A stretch of DNA of 64,000 nucleotides from the IMG/VR virus record IMGVR_UViG_3300017991_000058. One strand, given 5' to 3'. Source of the DNA: an uncultured virus (IMG/VR IMGVR_UViG_3300017991_000058) (taxonomy: Duplodnaviria; Heunggongvirae; Uroviricota; Caudoviricetes). Position 1 is the first letter of the stretch; the number at the start of each line of letters is the position of its first letter. Of this stretch, positions 16,377-26,118 are shown one piece after another. The notes beneath the pieces are model-generated. The model saw nothing but the letters and a program-made list of their open reading frames with translations. It made no database searches and was not told the DNA's origin. The translations under genes and the position numbers were made by a program.

Positions 16377-18941
16377 TCACGCGGCGAGCTCCCACGGCTC
16401 GAGATCGCCCAGGGTCGGCCCGACCTCGATGTCGACCTTCAGCGGGACTCCGCACGAGTCGTGGCTCTGCATGATGTCTCTGGCGCCCAGAAGGGTCTCC
16501 TCCATGGCGTCCTCCCTGATCTCAAATATCACGCTGTCGTGGACGGTTAGGACCAGCTTGGCCGGGACGCCGTCTCCGAGAATCCAGTCCACGATGTCGC
16601 AGATCGACGCGAGCATGAAATCTGACGCGGTCCCCTGAACCGGCGTGTTGACGGCGCTGTTCTCGGCGGTCGACCGCTTCAGGCTGTCTCTCGACGCGAT
16701 CCCTATCAGCGGTCTTCTGCGGGCGCGCTCGCCGGCCCACCACGTCCAGGCGAATCCGGTCCGACGGGTCTCCTTCAGCCGAGACCTCATCCACGAGGCC
16801 AGCTTGACCCACTTCCCGAGGATCGCCTGGCGGAGCCTCACGGCGTCGTCGAGCGAGCAGTCCAGACGCCGCGCCAGCCCCTTGTCGGTCATCCCGTACA
16901 GCAGCCCGAAGTTGAAGCTCTTCGCGGCCGTCCTGTGGGACTTATCCACCTCGTCCGGAGAGATCCCCCAGTAGATCGGAGCGATGAGCTTCGCCGTCGC
17001 CGTGTGGAAGTCCTCCCCGGACAGGAACATCTCGATCATGACCGGGTCGCGCGACAGGAACGCCGCCCCTCGGAGCTCGATCTGGCTGTAGTCGAGCTGC
17101 CCGAGGAGATACCCAGGAGGCGCCACGAAGCTGCGCTTCACCGCACGCCCCTCCTCGCTGTAGGTCCGCGGGAGGGTCTGTAGCGGCGGGTTTATCACGC
17201 TCAGGCGACCCGTCCTGGTCCCGTCGATCTTCAGCTCCGGGTGGATGCGCCCGTCCGACCTTATCCACGACGCCATTGAGCGGCCGTAGTTGCCGCGGAG
17301 CTTCTCGATTCGACGGTATTCGACGAGGTCCCCGACGACCGGGTGCTCGTCGATCATGGCGTTCAGCGCCTCCCGATCCGTCGACGACCGCCCTGTCGCA
17401 GTCGTCTTGGTCGGGGTCAGTCCGAGCCGCTTGAACAGGAGGTCGGACACGCTCTGAGGGCTGCTCGGATCGAAGTCGCCGTACACCGCGAGCCGCGCGC
17501 GTACCGACTCCAGCTCCATGTCGCAGTACTCGTGGAACGTCTCCATCGCCGAGCGGTCGGCGGCGACCCCCCACCGCTCGATCTGAGCCACGGCGTCCGT
17601 CGCCCTGCTGACGATCAGGTCCCAGACTCTCTTGATCGGAGGGTCGGCGGCGATCTCCCCCTCGAGCAGGTCCCCCAGCCTGGCGGTCGCCACCGCGTCG
17701 CGGGCGCAGTACCGATCGCGCACGGCGCTCGGAACGAGCGCGTATGCAAACCGCATCGGATCGTCGTCCGGCATCAGCGCGACGGCGGCCTCCAGCGCCG
17801 GATCTCTGACCCCCCCGTCGAACAGCGACCCCTGCCCCACGCGCTCCGCCGCCCTCGCGGTCCGGATCTCTCTCTCGGCGACGGCCAGCGCCGCGGCGTT
17901 CTCGTCCTTGTGGCCGCCCATTCCGACCAGGTGAGAGCAGACGTCGAGCCGTGCGTTCACGTCGGCGACGACGAGGCGGCGCCACAGGCGGGTGTCCCCG
18001 TGAGTCCCCGCGACGCGGCACCCCCAGGCCGCCCAGACGGCCAGGTTGTCCCCCTTCAGGTTGTGCCCTACCTTCCCGACGGACGGGTCCTCGAGCAGCT
18101 CGACCAGCGGCGCTCTGACGTCCGGGTCGCCGAGCACGGAGCGCGGCCACACGTAGGCGTCGTCGGTCCCGCTCGGGACGACGGCAACGCAGGCGATCTC
18201 AAAGTACTCCCCGAACGGGACCCCGGCCCACTCGACGTCGTATGCGAACCACGGCGACTCGGCGCGGATCTCCTCGACGGCCCCGGACGCGTCGTCGACG
18301 GTCTGGACGACGTGCAGCTCGGCGTCCAAGGGCGGCGGCGGAGGGTCCGGAGAGCCCAGCGCCCATGCGAGGTCCTCCTCGAACCACCGCCCGACAAACC
18401 TGTTACGAGACGCCGCGGCGGGGTGAATGCAGTAGTAGACGGGGACCAACCGCCCGCTGACCGGAAGAGCCGCCCAGGAGTAGCCGCGCCGCGTCGACAT
18501 CATAGGAACGGAGTGCCCGAGCAGCCCATCGACGGCGTCGCCACCCATCGCGACGATCCTGGTCGGCGAGACGTCCACCAGCGTCTGTCTAAGGTACGGC
18601 CTGCAGGCGGCGATCTCGTCCCGGGTCTGCTGTCCGCCGGCCGGCCAGCACCGAGTCACGTTCTCGTAGGCCACCGGGCCGTCCCACATCTTCGGAACGA
18701 GCTCCCGGAGCTTCTTCGACGACGCACCGACGAACAGCCGCCCGCGACGGTCCTCGTCCTTTCCGGGATGCTGCCCGACGAATAGCACACCCCCGGGCTC
18801 CCCCTCGGCGGGGAGACACGGGTTCTTCACGGCCGGGAGCCGTGCCCGACGGCAGCGCCTGCACCGAGAGTTCAGCTCGAGCCTAGGGCCCGAGCTGATC
18901 GGAGACGTGGGGCTCTCCGGATAGAGCGGGAGAGACCTCAC
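16377..18941 (-). CDS. polA: family A DNA polymerase with N-terminal UDG-like domain and 3'-5' exonuclease
   Basis: N-term CRRC, VGQHPG..ED...FVG, HPA; exo YDVE, GHNLKGD, YCARD; pol DYSQIELR, RTAAKSFNFGLLYG, VHDS. Confidence 0.92.
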   Translation of the reverse strand: MRSLPLYPESPTSPISSGPRLELNSRCRRCRRARLPAVKNPCLPAEGEPGGVLFVGQHPGKDEDRRGRLFVGASSKKLRELVPKMWDGPVAYENVTRCWPAGGQQTRDEIAACRPYLRQTLVDVSPTRIVAMGGDAVDGLLGHSVPMMSTRRGYSWAALPVSGRLVPVYYCIHPAAASRNRFVGRWFEEDLAWALGSPDPPPPPLDAELHVVQTVDDASGAVEEIRAESPWFAYDVEWAGVPFGEYFEIACVAVVPSGTDDAYVWPRSVLGDPDVRAPLVELLEDPSVGKVGHNLKGDNLAVWAAWGCRVAGTHGDTRLWRRLVVADVNARLDVCSHLVGMGGHKDENAAALAVAEREIRTARAAERVGQGSLFDGGVRDPALEAAVALMPDDDPMRFAYALVPSAVRDRYCARDAVATARLGDLLEGEIAADPPIKRVWDLIVSRATDAVAQIERWGVAADRSAMETFHEYCDMELESVRARLAVYGDFDPSSPQSVSDLLFKRLGLTPTKTTATGRSSTDREALNAMIDEHPVVGDLVEYRRIEKLRGNYGRSMASWIRSDGRIHPELKIDGTRTGRLSVINPPLQTLPRTYSEEGRAVKRSFVAPPGYLLGQLDYSQIELRGAAFLSRDPVMIEMFLSGEDFHTATAKLIAPIYWGISPDEVDKSHRTAAKSFNFGLLYGMTDKGLARRLDCSLDDAVRLRQAILGKWVKLASWMRSRLKETRRTGFAWTWWAGERARRRPLIGIASRDSLKRSTAENSAVNTPVQGTASDFMLASICDIVDWILGDGVPAKLVLTVHDSVIFEIREDAMEETLLGARDIMQSHDSCGVPLKVDIEVGPTLGDLEPWELAA

Positions 18942-19663
18942 CCCTGGATGTCCAGGACACTGCAGGCTCGCCGGACGCGGTCCTCCAGGTTCTTTATCCG
19001 CGCGAGAACCGGGACGTCGGCCTGATGCTCCGCGCATCTCTCGACGATGGCGTCCACGGTCGTCGCGATCCCGTTGTCGTAGAAGTACGACACGATGTGT
19101 CGGAGCTGCTTGGCCCCGACGAGCTCCGGCGGCAGTCCGTCCTGTGCCGGAGCGGCGGTCTCTTCAGCGGGCTGGGGGTCGGACTCGGGAGACGCGCCGG
19201 TTGGCTCCGTCGCCGACGGGTCTAGCTCGACGTCGTCCTGGACGCTCGGCTTCCCGCGCTTCTTCGCCGGAGCGGACCGAGCCTTTGACTTCGACTCGGA
19301 TGCGGAGGCTCTCTTCTTCGGATCGGCGGCGGGCGCTCTCTTCTTCGGCTCGGCCTTCGGCTCGGCCTTCGGCTCGACCTCCGGCTCGGTCTCGACGGGC
19401 TCTCCGTGAGACGAACCCCCTACGCGCACGCGAGTCCCGGCCCTCGCGGTCTCGACGACCAGCTTGGTGGCGCCGTCGGCACCGTCCGCGACGTCGAGCT
19501 GGGCGACGTCCCCCGTCGACAGGCGCCTCAGGATCATCAGCGCGTCCTCCGCGGACAGCGCCTCGATCGCCAGCCGGCTCGACCGCGCGTCGAACGTCAC
19601 GGTTCGGATCGTCCCGATGACGTCGGCGGTCGCCTCGAAGCTGTTCACTCTCTGGATGGCCAT
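18938..19663 (-). CDS. hypothetical protein with Lys/Ala/Pro-rich linker
   Basis: AAGGAGG RBS; KAEP repeats between two globular-looking parts. Confidence 0.7.
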   Translation of the reverse strand: MAIQRVNSFEATADVIGTIRTVTFDARSSRLAIEALSAEDALMILRRLSTGDVAQLDVADGADGATKLVVETARAGTRVRVGGSSHGEPVETEPEVEPKAEPKAEPKKRAPAADPKKRASASESKSKARSAPAKKRGKPSVQDDVELDPSATEPTGASPESDPQPAEETAAPAQDGLPPELVGAKQLRHIVSYFYDNGIATTVDAIVERCAEHQADVPVLARIKNLEDRVRRACSVLDIQG

Positions 19664-19697
19664 GTGGTCAGGTCCTCCTTGCGGCTATCGTTACTGC

Positions 19698-20585
19698 TCA
19701 TCCGACCGCGCGGCGCGCCTCCTCTACGAGCCAAGCGGGGTCCACGTCGTTCGGGTCGGTCTTCGGGGGGAGGTGGACCCAACCCGCCCTTGCACCGTCG
19801 AAGGCCAGCCTTGCGGCGAGCATCTCCGCCTCGAGCCACGCGTCGCCGTCTAGGACGACCACGATCGGACGCGGTGCCGACAGCAGGGCCGAGACCTGAC
19901 CCTCGGACGGCTTTCCGAACAGGGCGACCGCGTCCGGCCAGTACGGGAGCGCGTCGAACATCCCCTCGACGACGAGCGCAGGGACGTCCGTCTCGACGGC
20001 GAGCGCCGCTGGGTTGTAGACGTTCGACTCGCGGTCCATCCCCGTGGCCGAGACGTACTTGAGCTGGCGCCCGCGCGGCTCGGTCCACAGCCGCGCCTGC
20101 CATCCGACCCACTCTCCGTCGATCGTCAGGAGCGGAGCGACGACTCTCCCCCCGACGGCGCCGGACAGGCAGGCGCCGATCCTGGCCTCCTCCACCGTCT
20201 GAGACGACACTCCGCGATCGGCGAGATACCGACGAGCCGGCGCGAGGGAGATCGCGCTAGAGCCGGGCTCTCGCCAGAGCGGCTCCCAGTCGGGCGGCGG
20301 CCCGAGCTCCGGGTCGGCGCCATGAGCCGCCCGATCGAGCCTAGGGGGCGCGTCGTCGTCCGCCCCGGCCGTCGATATTCGGCCCCAGCAGCCGCACCGA
20401 AAGCAGTGGAACTTCCCCGACGAGAAGTGCACTCCGAGCGCGGCGTGCGGGTCCGGGGTCCCGACGACGGACGGACAGATCGGACACGGAGCTCTCCCCC
20501 ACCCCGTCGGGCCGACGCGAGAGACCGACCGGGCCGCGCGCTCGACGACGGTGAGCTCGGCGCTAGAAGAGATCCGCCTGCCCAT
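19698..20585 (-). CDS. DNA primase (Zn-binding + TOPRIM)
   Basis: CPIC...CFRC, VVEGMFDA, LDGD, DPND. Confidence 0.85.
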   Translation of the reverse strand: MGRRISSSAELTVVERAARSVSRVGPTGWGRAPCPICPSVVGTPDPHAALGVHFSSGKFHCFRCGCWGRISTAGADDDAPPRLDRAAHGADPELGPPPDWEPLWREPGSSAISLAPARRYLADRGVSSQTVEEARIGACLSGAVGGRVVAPLLTIDGEWVGWQARLWTEPRGRQLKYVSATGMDRESNVYNPAALAVETDVPALVVEGMFDALPYWPDAVALFGKPSEGQVSALLSAPRPIVVVLDGDAWLEAEMLAARLAFDGARAGWVHLPPKTDPNDVDPAWLVEEARRAVG

Positions 20586-22389
20586 CCTCGGCACTCTCCG
20601 CTACTGGGGCGATCCTCGCGCACTCGAACTCCGTGGGTAGCGACACCACTCCGCCGCGCTTCCCGCCGCGGTTCTTGGCGATCCTGTACTCTACCTCGTC
20701 GTCGGACGCGTTCAGGGCGATCCACAGGTCGGCGACGCGGATCTTGTGCTGGGAGTCCGCCGCGTCGTCGGCGCCCTGCTTCTCGGTGGACTTGGACCTG
20801 CGGCGGCTCTGCGACGCGGTCCACGACCACCCGCTCCGCTTCACCGCGAACTCCTCGCGCAGCCCGCCGTAGACCTCACGCATCCCCTCGTAGTCTCGAG
20901 ACTTCGAGTGCCCCAGAAGGTCGGCGTAGTCGACCACGAGCGCGTCGACGCCGATCCCCTCCCGCTGCTCGACGGCGTCGACCCACGTGATGAGGTCCGA
21001 CACCGTCGTGACCTCCGGCGCGAACTGACCGACGAAGCACGAGCCGCGCGGCGGGAGACTCTCCAGACGCATCAGGGCCTCCGACTCCATCGACCCGTCC
21101 GCGATTCCGTCGATCGGCACCCCCGTCAGGTTCGCGATGAGCCGAGTCAGCCACTGCTCCTCATTCAGCTCCAGCGTTGCGACCAGAACGTTCCGCCCCG
21201 ACAGCAGGGCCGAGCCCGTCACGTGGCACAGGAACATCGAATTGTGCGTCACGGTGAAGTCGCCAAGGAGATATCGCCCGTCGCCGTCGAGCGTGAACCC
21301 GAAGTACGGCTCCCGAATGCCTGTCGGGACAACGTCGAATCCGGTCAACAGCACGTTCTTCCGCTGGCGCCGCGGCCTGACTTCCTTCCGTCGGACGCGC
21401 ACCGGGATCTCGTCGACGGGCGCACGCCACAGCTTGAAGTCTCGCCTGCGCCTGACCGGCCATGACAGGTAGTCGCGGACCGACACATCGACGACTCGGC
21501 CGCCATACCTCGCGACGCCGGGGCGGCCGGTCCCGACGAGCGTCAGGATGTGGTCGGCGTTTACCCTCCACGGCTCGCCGCGCAGGGGACGGACCTCGTA
21601 CATCTCCCCCTCGCCGCGGCTCGTCGCGAGAACGTTCCTGACCTTGCCCTCCGGGGCCATAAGCCGGTCCCAGACGCGGACGTCTTCGACCAGCTTGACG
21701 GACCCGTCCGCCATCAGAATCTCCTGGCCGGCGGCATGGCACTTGCCGTCGCCCGCCCCTCCCATCACGACGGACAGCGTCCCGACGGGAGGACCTCCGG
21801 AGAGCTCGCAGTCGAGCTCGCTGATGCCCGTCGGCAGCTTGTCCGTCCGCCTTAGCCGCCGGATCGCGTCGAGCGCCTTCGGACCGAGCTGAGTCCCGGC
21901 CACGATCTGACTGGCCCCGAGCCTGACCGTCGCCTGCAGGTGCTCGATCACGTCCTCGAGATCCCCCTCCCGAGACCCCACGCGGCGCATCGCGAGACGG
22001 ACCGCCTCCCGGTTTCTCCGCTCCTTGATCACCGGAATGAGCTCGTCCCCGACACCGTCCGGGTCCGGAGGGTCGTCCATATCCTCGAGCTCGTCGACGA
22101 GGTCCCCGACCGCAACGACCTGCTCGTGGGTTACGCGCCCCTCGTGGCGCCACCTAGAGACGCGCTGGACGACGATGGTCCCCGACCCAGGTCCCTTGCC
22201 CGTCTCCGCCCCGACGGCCTTCGCCGCAAGGGCTACCAGCCTGGCGGCGTCTCCGGCGAACGCGTCCGGCTCGACGGTCGCGCCGACCCGCGCCCAGAAC
22301 CCCCGGTCGAACACGAGGTGGCGCAGGACGGCCTGTTGGAACTTCGGAGCGAATCGATACGGCTCCGCCTTCTGCTGCTGGTCTGCCAT
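20563..22389 (-). CDS. dnaB: DnaB-like replicative helicase, intein-containing
   Basis: LPTG..ELD, Walker A GGAGDGK/S split by intein, TLE, VVDYADL, TASQ, AKNR. Confidence 0.87.
   Translation of the reverse strand: MADQQQKAEPYRFAPKFQQAVLRHLVFDRGFWARVGATVEPDAFAGDAARLVALAAKAVGAETGKGPGSGTIVVQRVSRWRHEGRVTHEQVVAVGDLVDELEDMDDPPDPDGVGDELIPVIKERRNREAVRLAMRRVGSREGDLEDVIEHLQATVRLGASQIVAGTQLGPKALDAIRRLRRTDKLPTGISELDCELSGGPPVGTLSVVMGGAGDGKCHAAGQEILMADGSVKLVEDVRVWDRLMAPEGKVRNVLATSRGEGEMYEVRPLRGEPWRVNADHILTLVGTGRPGVARYGGRVVDVSVRDYLSWPVRRRRDFKLWRAPVDEIPVRVRRKEVRPRRQRKNVLLTGFDVVPTGIREPYFGFTLDGDGRYLLGDFTVTHNSMFLCHVTGSALLSGRNVLVATLELNEEQWLTRLIANLTGVPIDGIADGSMESEALMRLESLPPRGSCFVGQFAPEVTTVSDLITWVDAVEQREGIGVDALVVDYADLLGHSKSRDYEGMREVYGGLREEFAVKRSGWSWTASQSRRRSKSTEKQGADDAADSQHKIRVADLWIALNASDDEVEYRIAKNRGGKRGGVVSLPTEFECARIAPVAESAEDGQADLF
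21241..21741 (-). mobile_element. mini-intein (167 aa) in the helicase Walker A motif
   Basis: starts CHAAGQEILMADG, block B VNADHIL, ends DFTVTHN followed by Ser. Confidence 0.9.
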
Positions 22390-22406
22390 CGCACCCCGTC
22401 TGACCG

Positions 22407-23846
22407 TTATTGCTCATCCGCCCAGATGAAGGAACCCCTCGCAGCGTCGGCGGACAGTCTCGCGCTCTCGGCGGAGCACCGATCGTGGACGTCCGCCAGC
22501 ACCTGCGCGGCGTTGGACGCCCCACGCGGAAACTGGACGGCGACGATCTCTGCGACGTCTGCGTCCGTCACTCTCCCCAGCCGCTCTGCGACTAGCCGCC
22601 CGAGCTCCCGCTCGACTCGCTGGACGCGGCGGGAGAGCTCGAGCCCGACCGGGTCGTATCGAATCCGCCCTCCGAGCGACGTCCCGGAGATCCGGAACAG
22701 CCTGCGGACGCGCCCGTCTCCGACCCGTCCGGCCGACATGACGCCGGGGATCTGGACCTTCCGCCCCGAATGCCGGTCGCGCCAGTAGCAGAGCTCCCAG
22801 ACGAGCCAGGCGGCCGGAGCGACCTCCTTGTCGGCGCAGGCCCGCCACCATCCGACGACGGTCGACGTCAGCCTGGACCTCCCGCCGGCGGCGACCCCGT
22901 TCATCCGCATGTCGGACGAGCCCGACACGAACCTCGTTGCGCCGCGCCACAGGCGGGCGACGTGGGCCAGGACGGCGGCGTCCTCGAGACCGGCGTCGGC
23001 GGCCGGCGGATGCGGAGTCCGGATCGCGAGCTCGGCCCGCCTTCCGTCGGCGAGGAGGAGCCGCGGGACGACGTCGAGCCGGAGCAGCTCCTTCAGAGAC
23101 CGGACGTCAGACTCGCCGCCGCCGCACTCAGACTGAACGTCAGGATCGTCAGAGACGGCCGTTCCGACGGCGTCTGACACGGACTCCGGACCGACACCGC
23201 AAGTCAAAAGCGACGGGCGTGCGCCAGCGCGCGCGCCATCGAACGAGCGAGCGAAGCGAGCGAGTGAAGATCTATCCTGGTCTATACCCCCTACAGGACT
23301 ACTCCCCTGCTTACTGGGGCCCACTTGAATTCCGTTATAGGGCCCACTTGAATTCCGAGGCCCTTTTAGGGCCCACTTGATTTCCGAGCCATCGCCAGGT
23401 GCGATCTCTGAGCTGTCTTCTGCAGTTAGCTGCCCTCTATGGCCCACTTGATTCTTTCTGTAGGGCCCACTTGATTCTTTCGAGGCTCGGACGGAACGTT
23501 CGGATCGACGTCTCCCGGCCCCGTCGCGGCGTCCGCCCCATCCGGACGACTCCCGAAGGAGCCTCCACACGTCGGGTGGAACGTTCGCTGCGTCTCCCGC
23601 GATGAGTCTCCCGCGGACCGTCCTCGACGGGTCCCGCCGCGACGCGGCTCTCGTTATTAGGCGAACGGATCGGAGCCGCGTGAGCCCCGCTCGGACCTGC
23701 TTCGTCGACAGGCCGGATCGGGCCGCCATCTCCGCACGAGTGAGACGGACCGTCCGCCGGCGGTCCGCCGCGGCGGAGAGCTGCTGCCACAGCGCCATCG
23801 CCGACGGGCCCAGCGCCCGCCGCAGCTCGGCCACGGAGACCCTCAC
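22407..23846 (-). CDS. HTH replication initiator-like protein carrying internal iterons
   Basis: N-terminal HTH LTRAEMAARSGLSTKQVRAGLTRL; internal AT-richer repeat zone; upstream of helicase/primase. Confidence 0.6.
   Translation of the reverse strand: MRVSVAELRRALGPSAMALWQQLSAAADRRRTVRLTRAEMAARSGLSTKQVRAGLTRLRSVRLITRAASRRDPSRTVRGRLIAGDAANVPPDVWRLLRESSGWGGRRDGAGRRRSERSVRASKESSGPYRKNQVGHRGQLTAEDSSEIAPGDGSEIKWALKGPRNSSGPYNGIQVGPSKQGSSPVGGIDQDRSSLARFARSFDGARAGARPSLLTCGVGPESVSDAVGTAVSDDPDVQSECGGGESDVRSLKELLRLDVVPRLLLADGRRAELAIRTPHPPAADAGLEDAAVLAHVARLWRGATRFVSGSSDMRMNGVAAGGRSRLTSTVVGWWRACADKEVAPAAWLVWELCYWRDRHSGRKVQIPGVMSAGRVGDGRVRRLFRISGTSLGGRIRYDPVGLELSRRVQRVERELGRLVAERLGRVTDADVAEIVAVQFPRGASNAAQVLADVHDRCSAESARLSADAARGSFIWADEQ
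23318..23474. repeat. five direct GGCCCACTTGA repeats, putative replication-origin iterons
   Basis: copies at 23318, 23341, 23370, 23441, 23464 in an AT-richer stretch, next to a GAGCGAGCGAAGCGAGCGAG tract at about 23245. Confidence 0.8.
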
Positions 23847-23850
23847 GGCA

Positions 23851-25818
23851 TCACTCCGTCCCCTCGAGCCCGAGCTGGCCGAAGTCGACGTCGACGACGT
23901 CGAACCCCTCCCGTTCGTACGCCCGCCGGCGGGCGGATGAGTGACGCTCTAGGATTCCGTTCCCCCTGTCGTCGATGTCCCACAGCTCGAACGTCGTCGA
24001 GCCGTCGGGTCCCGGGCGCATCCCCCTCCCCGCCCGCTGGAGGGCGGCGATCGTCGACTTCCCTCCGCAGGCGACCACGATGGACGCGAGCGACGGGATG
24101 TCGATCCCCTCCTGCCACACGACGCTGGCGACGACGACGTCTATGTCTCCGCGCGCCAGGAGCTGCTTCGAGCCCGCCCTCTGCCGCTCGGCCGTGCTCC
24201 CCCAGACGAGGGCGACGCGGAGCCCGGCGCGCTCGAGCGCGGCCGTCAGCGCCTTTCCGTGCGCGATCTCTCGGACGTAGACGATCGACGGCTTGGCCGC
24301 CGCGACGGCGACGTCGACGATGCGGCGGTTGCGCTTGCGGGAGCGGACGATCGCCTCGCCGTACACGCCGCGGTAGGTGGGGCGAGAGACGTCCTGCTCT
24401 ACAACGACCATCTGGACGTTGGGGCGGGCGAGAACGCCGGCGTCCACCAGCGTCTGGGTCGGTATCCGGTGGACGACGGGGCCGAGAGCTCCGATGGCCA
24501 TGAGGCTCCGTCTGTCGTCGCGGTCGAGCGGAGTCCCGCTCAGACCGATCCTGTACCGCGCGTTGGCCAGCGCCATGGACACCGAGTAGAACGTGTCGGC
24601 CGGGAGCGTGTGGCAGTTGTGGACGACGAGCCCGGAGGCCCCTACGAGATAGGTTTCCGGGCCAGGGACGCTGAGATTGTAGACGAGACCGTCCGGACAC
24701 ACTCCGCCGTACGTTCCATCACGGCCTGGTTCGAGAACCTCAACACGGTCCACCCGCACGACTCTAAGAACGCCGTCTTCCTGACATCGGCCGCCCGACG
24801 TCCCAGTGAACCGTGGGTCGGTCCGTCGATCTCGACGGCGATCATGAGCTCCCGATTCCCAACGTCGCACATTATACCCGCATAGGGCTTGTGCAGGTAC
24901 GTATCCGTGGCTGTCCGTCAGAAACGGGTGCCCCGGCGTACAGACGACAGTATCCCCGTTCGACAGCCAAAGCCTAACTAGACCGGACGGACGGCGAGAG
25001 AACACGTCTGCCACTCGACGGCAACAGAGTCGGGACGTCTCGGCGTCGTAGGAGACGACAACGTCTCCAGGCCGAATCGTCTCGATCGGGCGAGAACCGA
25101 CCATGGTTCCGGCAGGGAAGCACTCGTCGACGACGAGACCGCCCGTCCTCCTGACGAGCTCGACTCCGACAGGAGTTCCGATCTTGGATCGCAGCGACTG
25201 GAACGTGGCGACCGTCAGCCGCGTCCCCGCCACCGCCAGCCCGTCTCCGACGACGCCGACGAGCGGAGCCCCGAGCCGCCATGCGGCGTCGTCTGGGACG
25301 TCGAGGTCGGTCCCCTTCAACCGCGAGACGAACCGGGCAGCCGCCTGGTACATCAGACCCTTCCTGTGGACGACGAACAGCCAGTGGACCGTCGGAAGGA
25401 CGCGCGTCAGCCCGACGAGGATCTCCGTCTTCCCGCTCCCCGTCGGCATCCATAGGACCCCGCGCTCTCGTCGGACGGCTGCGCGGAGCGCGTCGAGTTG
25501 GTAGTCGCGAAGCCACGCGACGTCAGCCTCTCGATTGATCTCCGGGGCCGCCGGCCGCCTGTCGCTGACGACGACGCGATGCCCGGCGTCCTCGGCCCTT
25601 ATGCGGACGAGAGGCAGGAGTCCGGCCGGGAACGTCTCGTCCAGAACGTCGAACATGGAGACCTTCGGCGGCTTTACGCGCTTCACGCGCCGCGTCTTCC
25701 GGTTCTGTCGGAACGCACGACGGACGTCCTCGTACGAGAGGTACTCGCGCAGCCACGAGCGCTCGTCGTCCGTGCACGACGCGACCCGGCAGAGCGTGTT
25801 CGTCAGGTCGAGGTGCAC
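23851..25818 (-). CDS. SF2 (UvsW/Rad25-like) DNA helicase, intein-containing
   Basis: LRDYQ, MPTGSGKT, VVDE/CH split by intein, GLSGTP, EGIDIP, QRAGRGMR. Confidence 0.88.
   Translation of the reverse strand: MHLDLTNTLCRVASCTDDERSWLREYLSYEDVRRAFRQNRKTRRVKRVKPPKVSMFDVLDETFPAGLLPLVRIRAEDAGHRVVVSDRRPAAPEINREADVAWLRDYQLDALRAAVRRERGVLWMPTGSGKTEILVGLTRVLPTVHWLFVVHRKGLMYQAAARFVSRLKGTDLDVPDDAAWRLGAPLVGVVGDGLAVAGTRLTVATFQSLRSKIGTPVGVELVRRTGGLVVDECFPAGTMVGSRPIETIRPGDVVVSYDAETSRLCCRRVADVFSRRPSGLVRLWLSNGDTVVCTPGHPFLTDSHGYVPAQALCGYNVRRWESGAHDRRRDRRTDPRFTGTSGGRCQEDGVLRVVRVDRVEVLEPGRDGTYGGVCPDGLVYNLSVPGPETYLVGASGLVVHNCHTLPADTFYSVSMALANARYRIGLSGTPLDRDDRRSLMAIGALGPVVHRIPTQTLVDAGVLARPNVQMVVVEQDVSRPTYRGVYGEAIVRSRKRNRRIVDVAVAAAKPSIVYVREIAHGKALTAALERAGLRVALVWGSTAERQRAGSKQLLARGDIDVVVASVVWQEGIDIPSLASIVVACGGKSTIAALQRAGRGMRPGPDGSTTFELWDIDDRGNGILERHSSARRRAYEREGFDVVDVDFGQLGLEGTE
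24616..25122 (-). mobile_element. intein (169 aa) in the DECH box
   Basis: starts CFPAGT, block B CTPGHPF, ends VYNLSV...LVVHN followed by Cys; more A/T-ending codons than flanks. Confidence 0.9.
24642..24872 (-). pseudogene. DUF559/Vsr-like endonuclease C-terminal remnant in an alternative frame within the intein
   Basis: IAVEIDGPTH...DVRKTAFLESCGWTVLRFSNQAV; N-terminal half missing (in-frame TGA about 16 codons upstream). Confidence 0.72.
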
Positions 25819-26099
25819 GGAGCGTCCTCGCCGGCGTCGGGCTCGTCGTCAGGGACGTCGAGCTCGTCCAGGTCGGTGTCGACGATCCGCGCCGCGATCG
25901 GCGGGGCGGAGTAGTACGCGGCCAGGGACTCGCGGCTGATGAACCGGAACCTTCCGTGCCGAGTCTCGTCGAGCTGTCCGTCGTCCAGCGCCCGATAGAC
26001 CGTCGCGATGTGCACCCCCGCCAGGGCGGCCGCCTCGGCCACGGTAACGTATCCGGCGTCGCGCATGATCTGCCGGAACTTCGTCAGTTTCTTCGCCAT
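25803..26099 (-). CDS. excisionase-like HTH DNA-binding protein
   Basis: YVTVAEAAALAGVHIATVYRALDDGQL...RFISRESL. Confidence 0.8.
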   Translation of the reverse strand: MAKKLTKFRQIMRDAGYVTVAEAAALAGVHIATVYRALDDGQLDETRHGRFRFISRESLAAYYSAPPIAARIVDTDLDELDVPDDEPDAGEDAPCTST

Positions 26100-26118
26100 G
26101 TCATCTCCGTCTTTGGTC

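Noticed and set aside
23318..23474. Direct repeats as a CRISPR array
   Set aside because: Repeats are only 11-17 bp with irregular, mostly short spacers, lie inside an ORF, and no cas genes are present.
25803..26099. Excisionase as evidence of integration
   Set aside because: This HTH family is widespread as a regulator; no integrase or att site was identified in the window, so lifestyle is undetermined.
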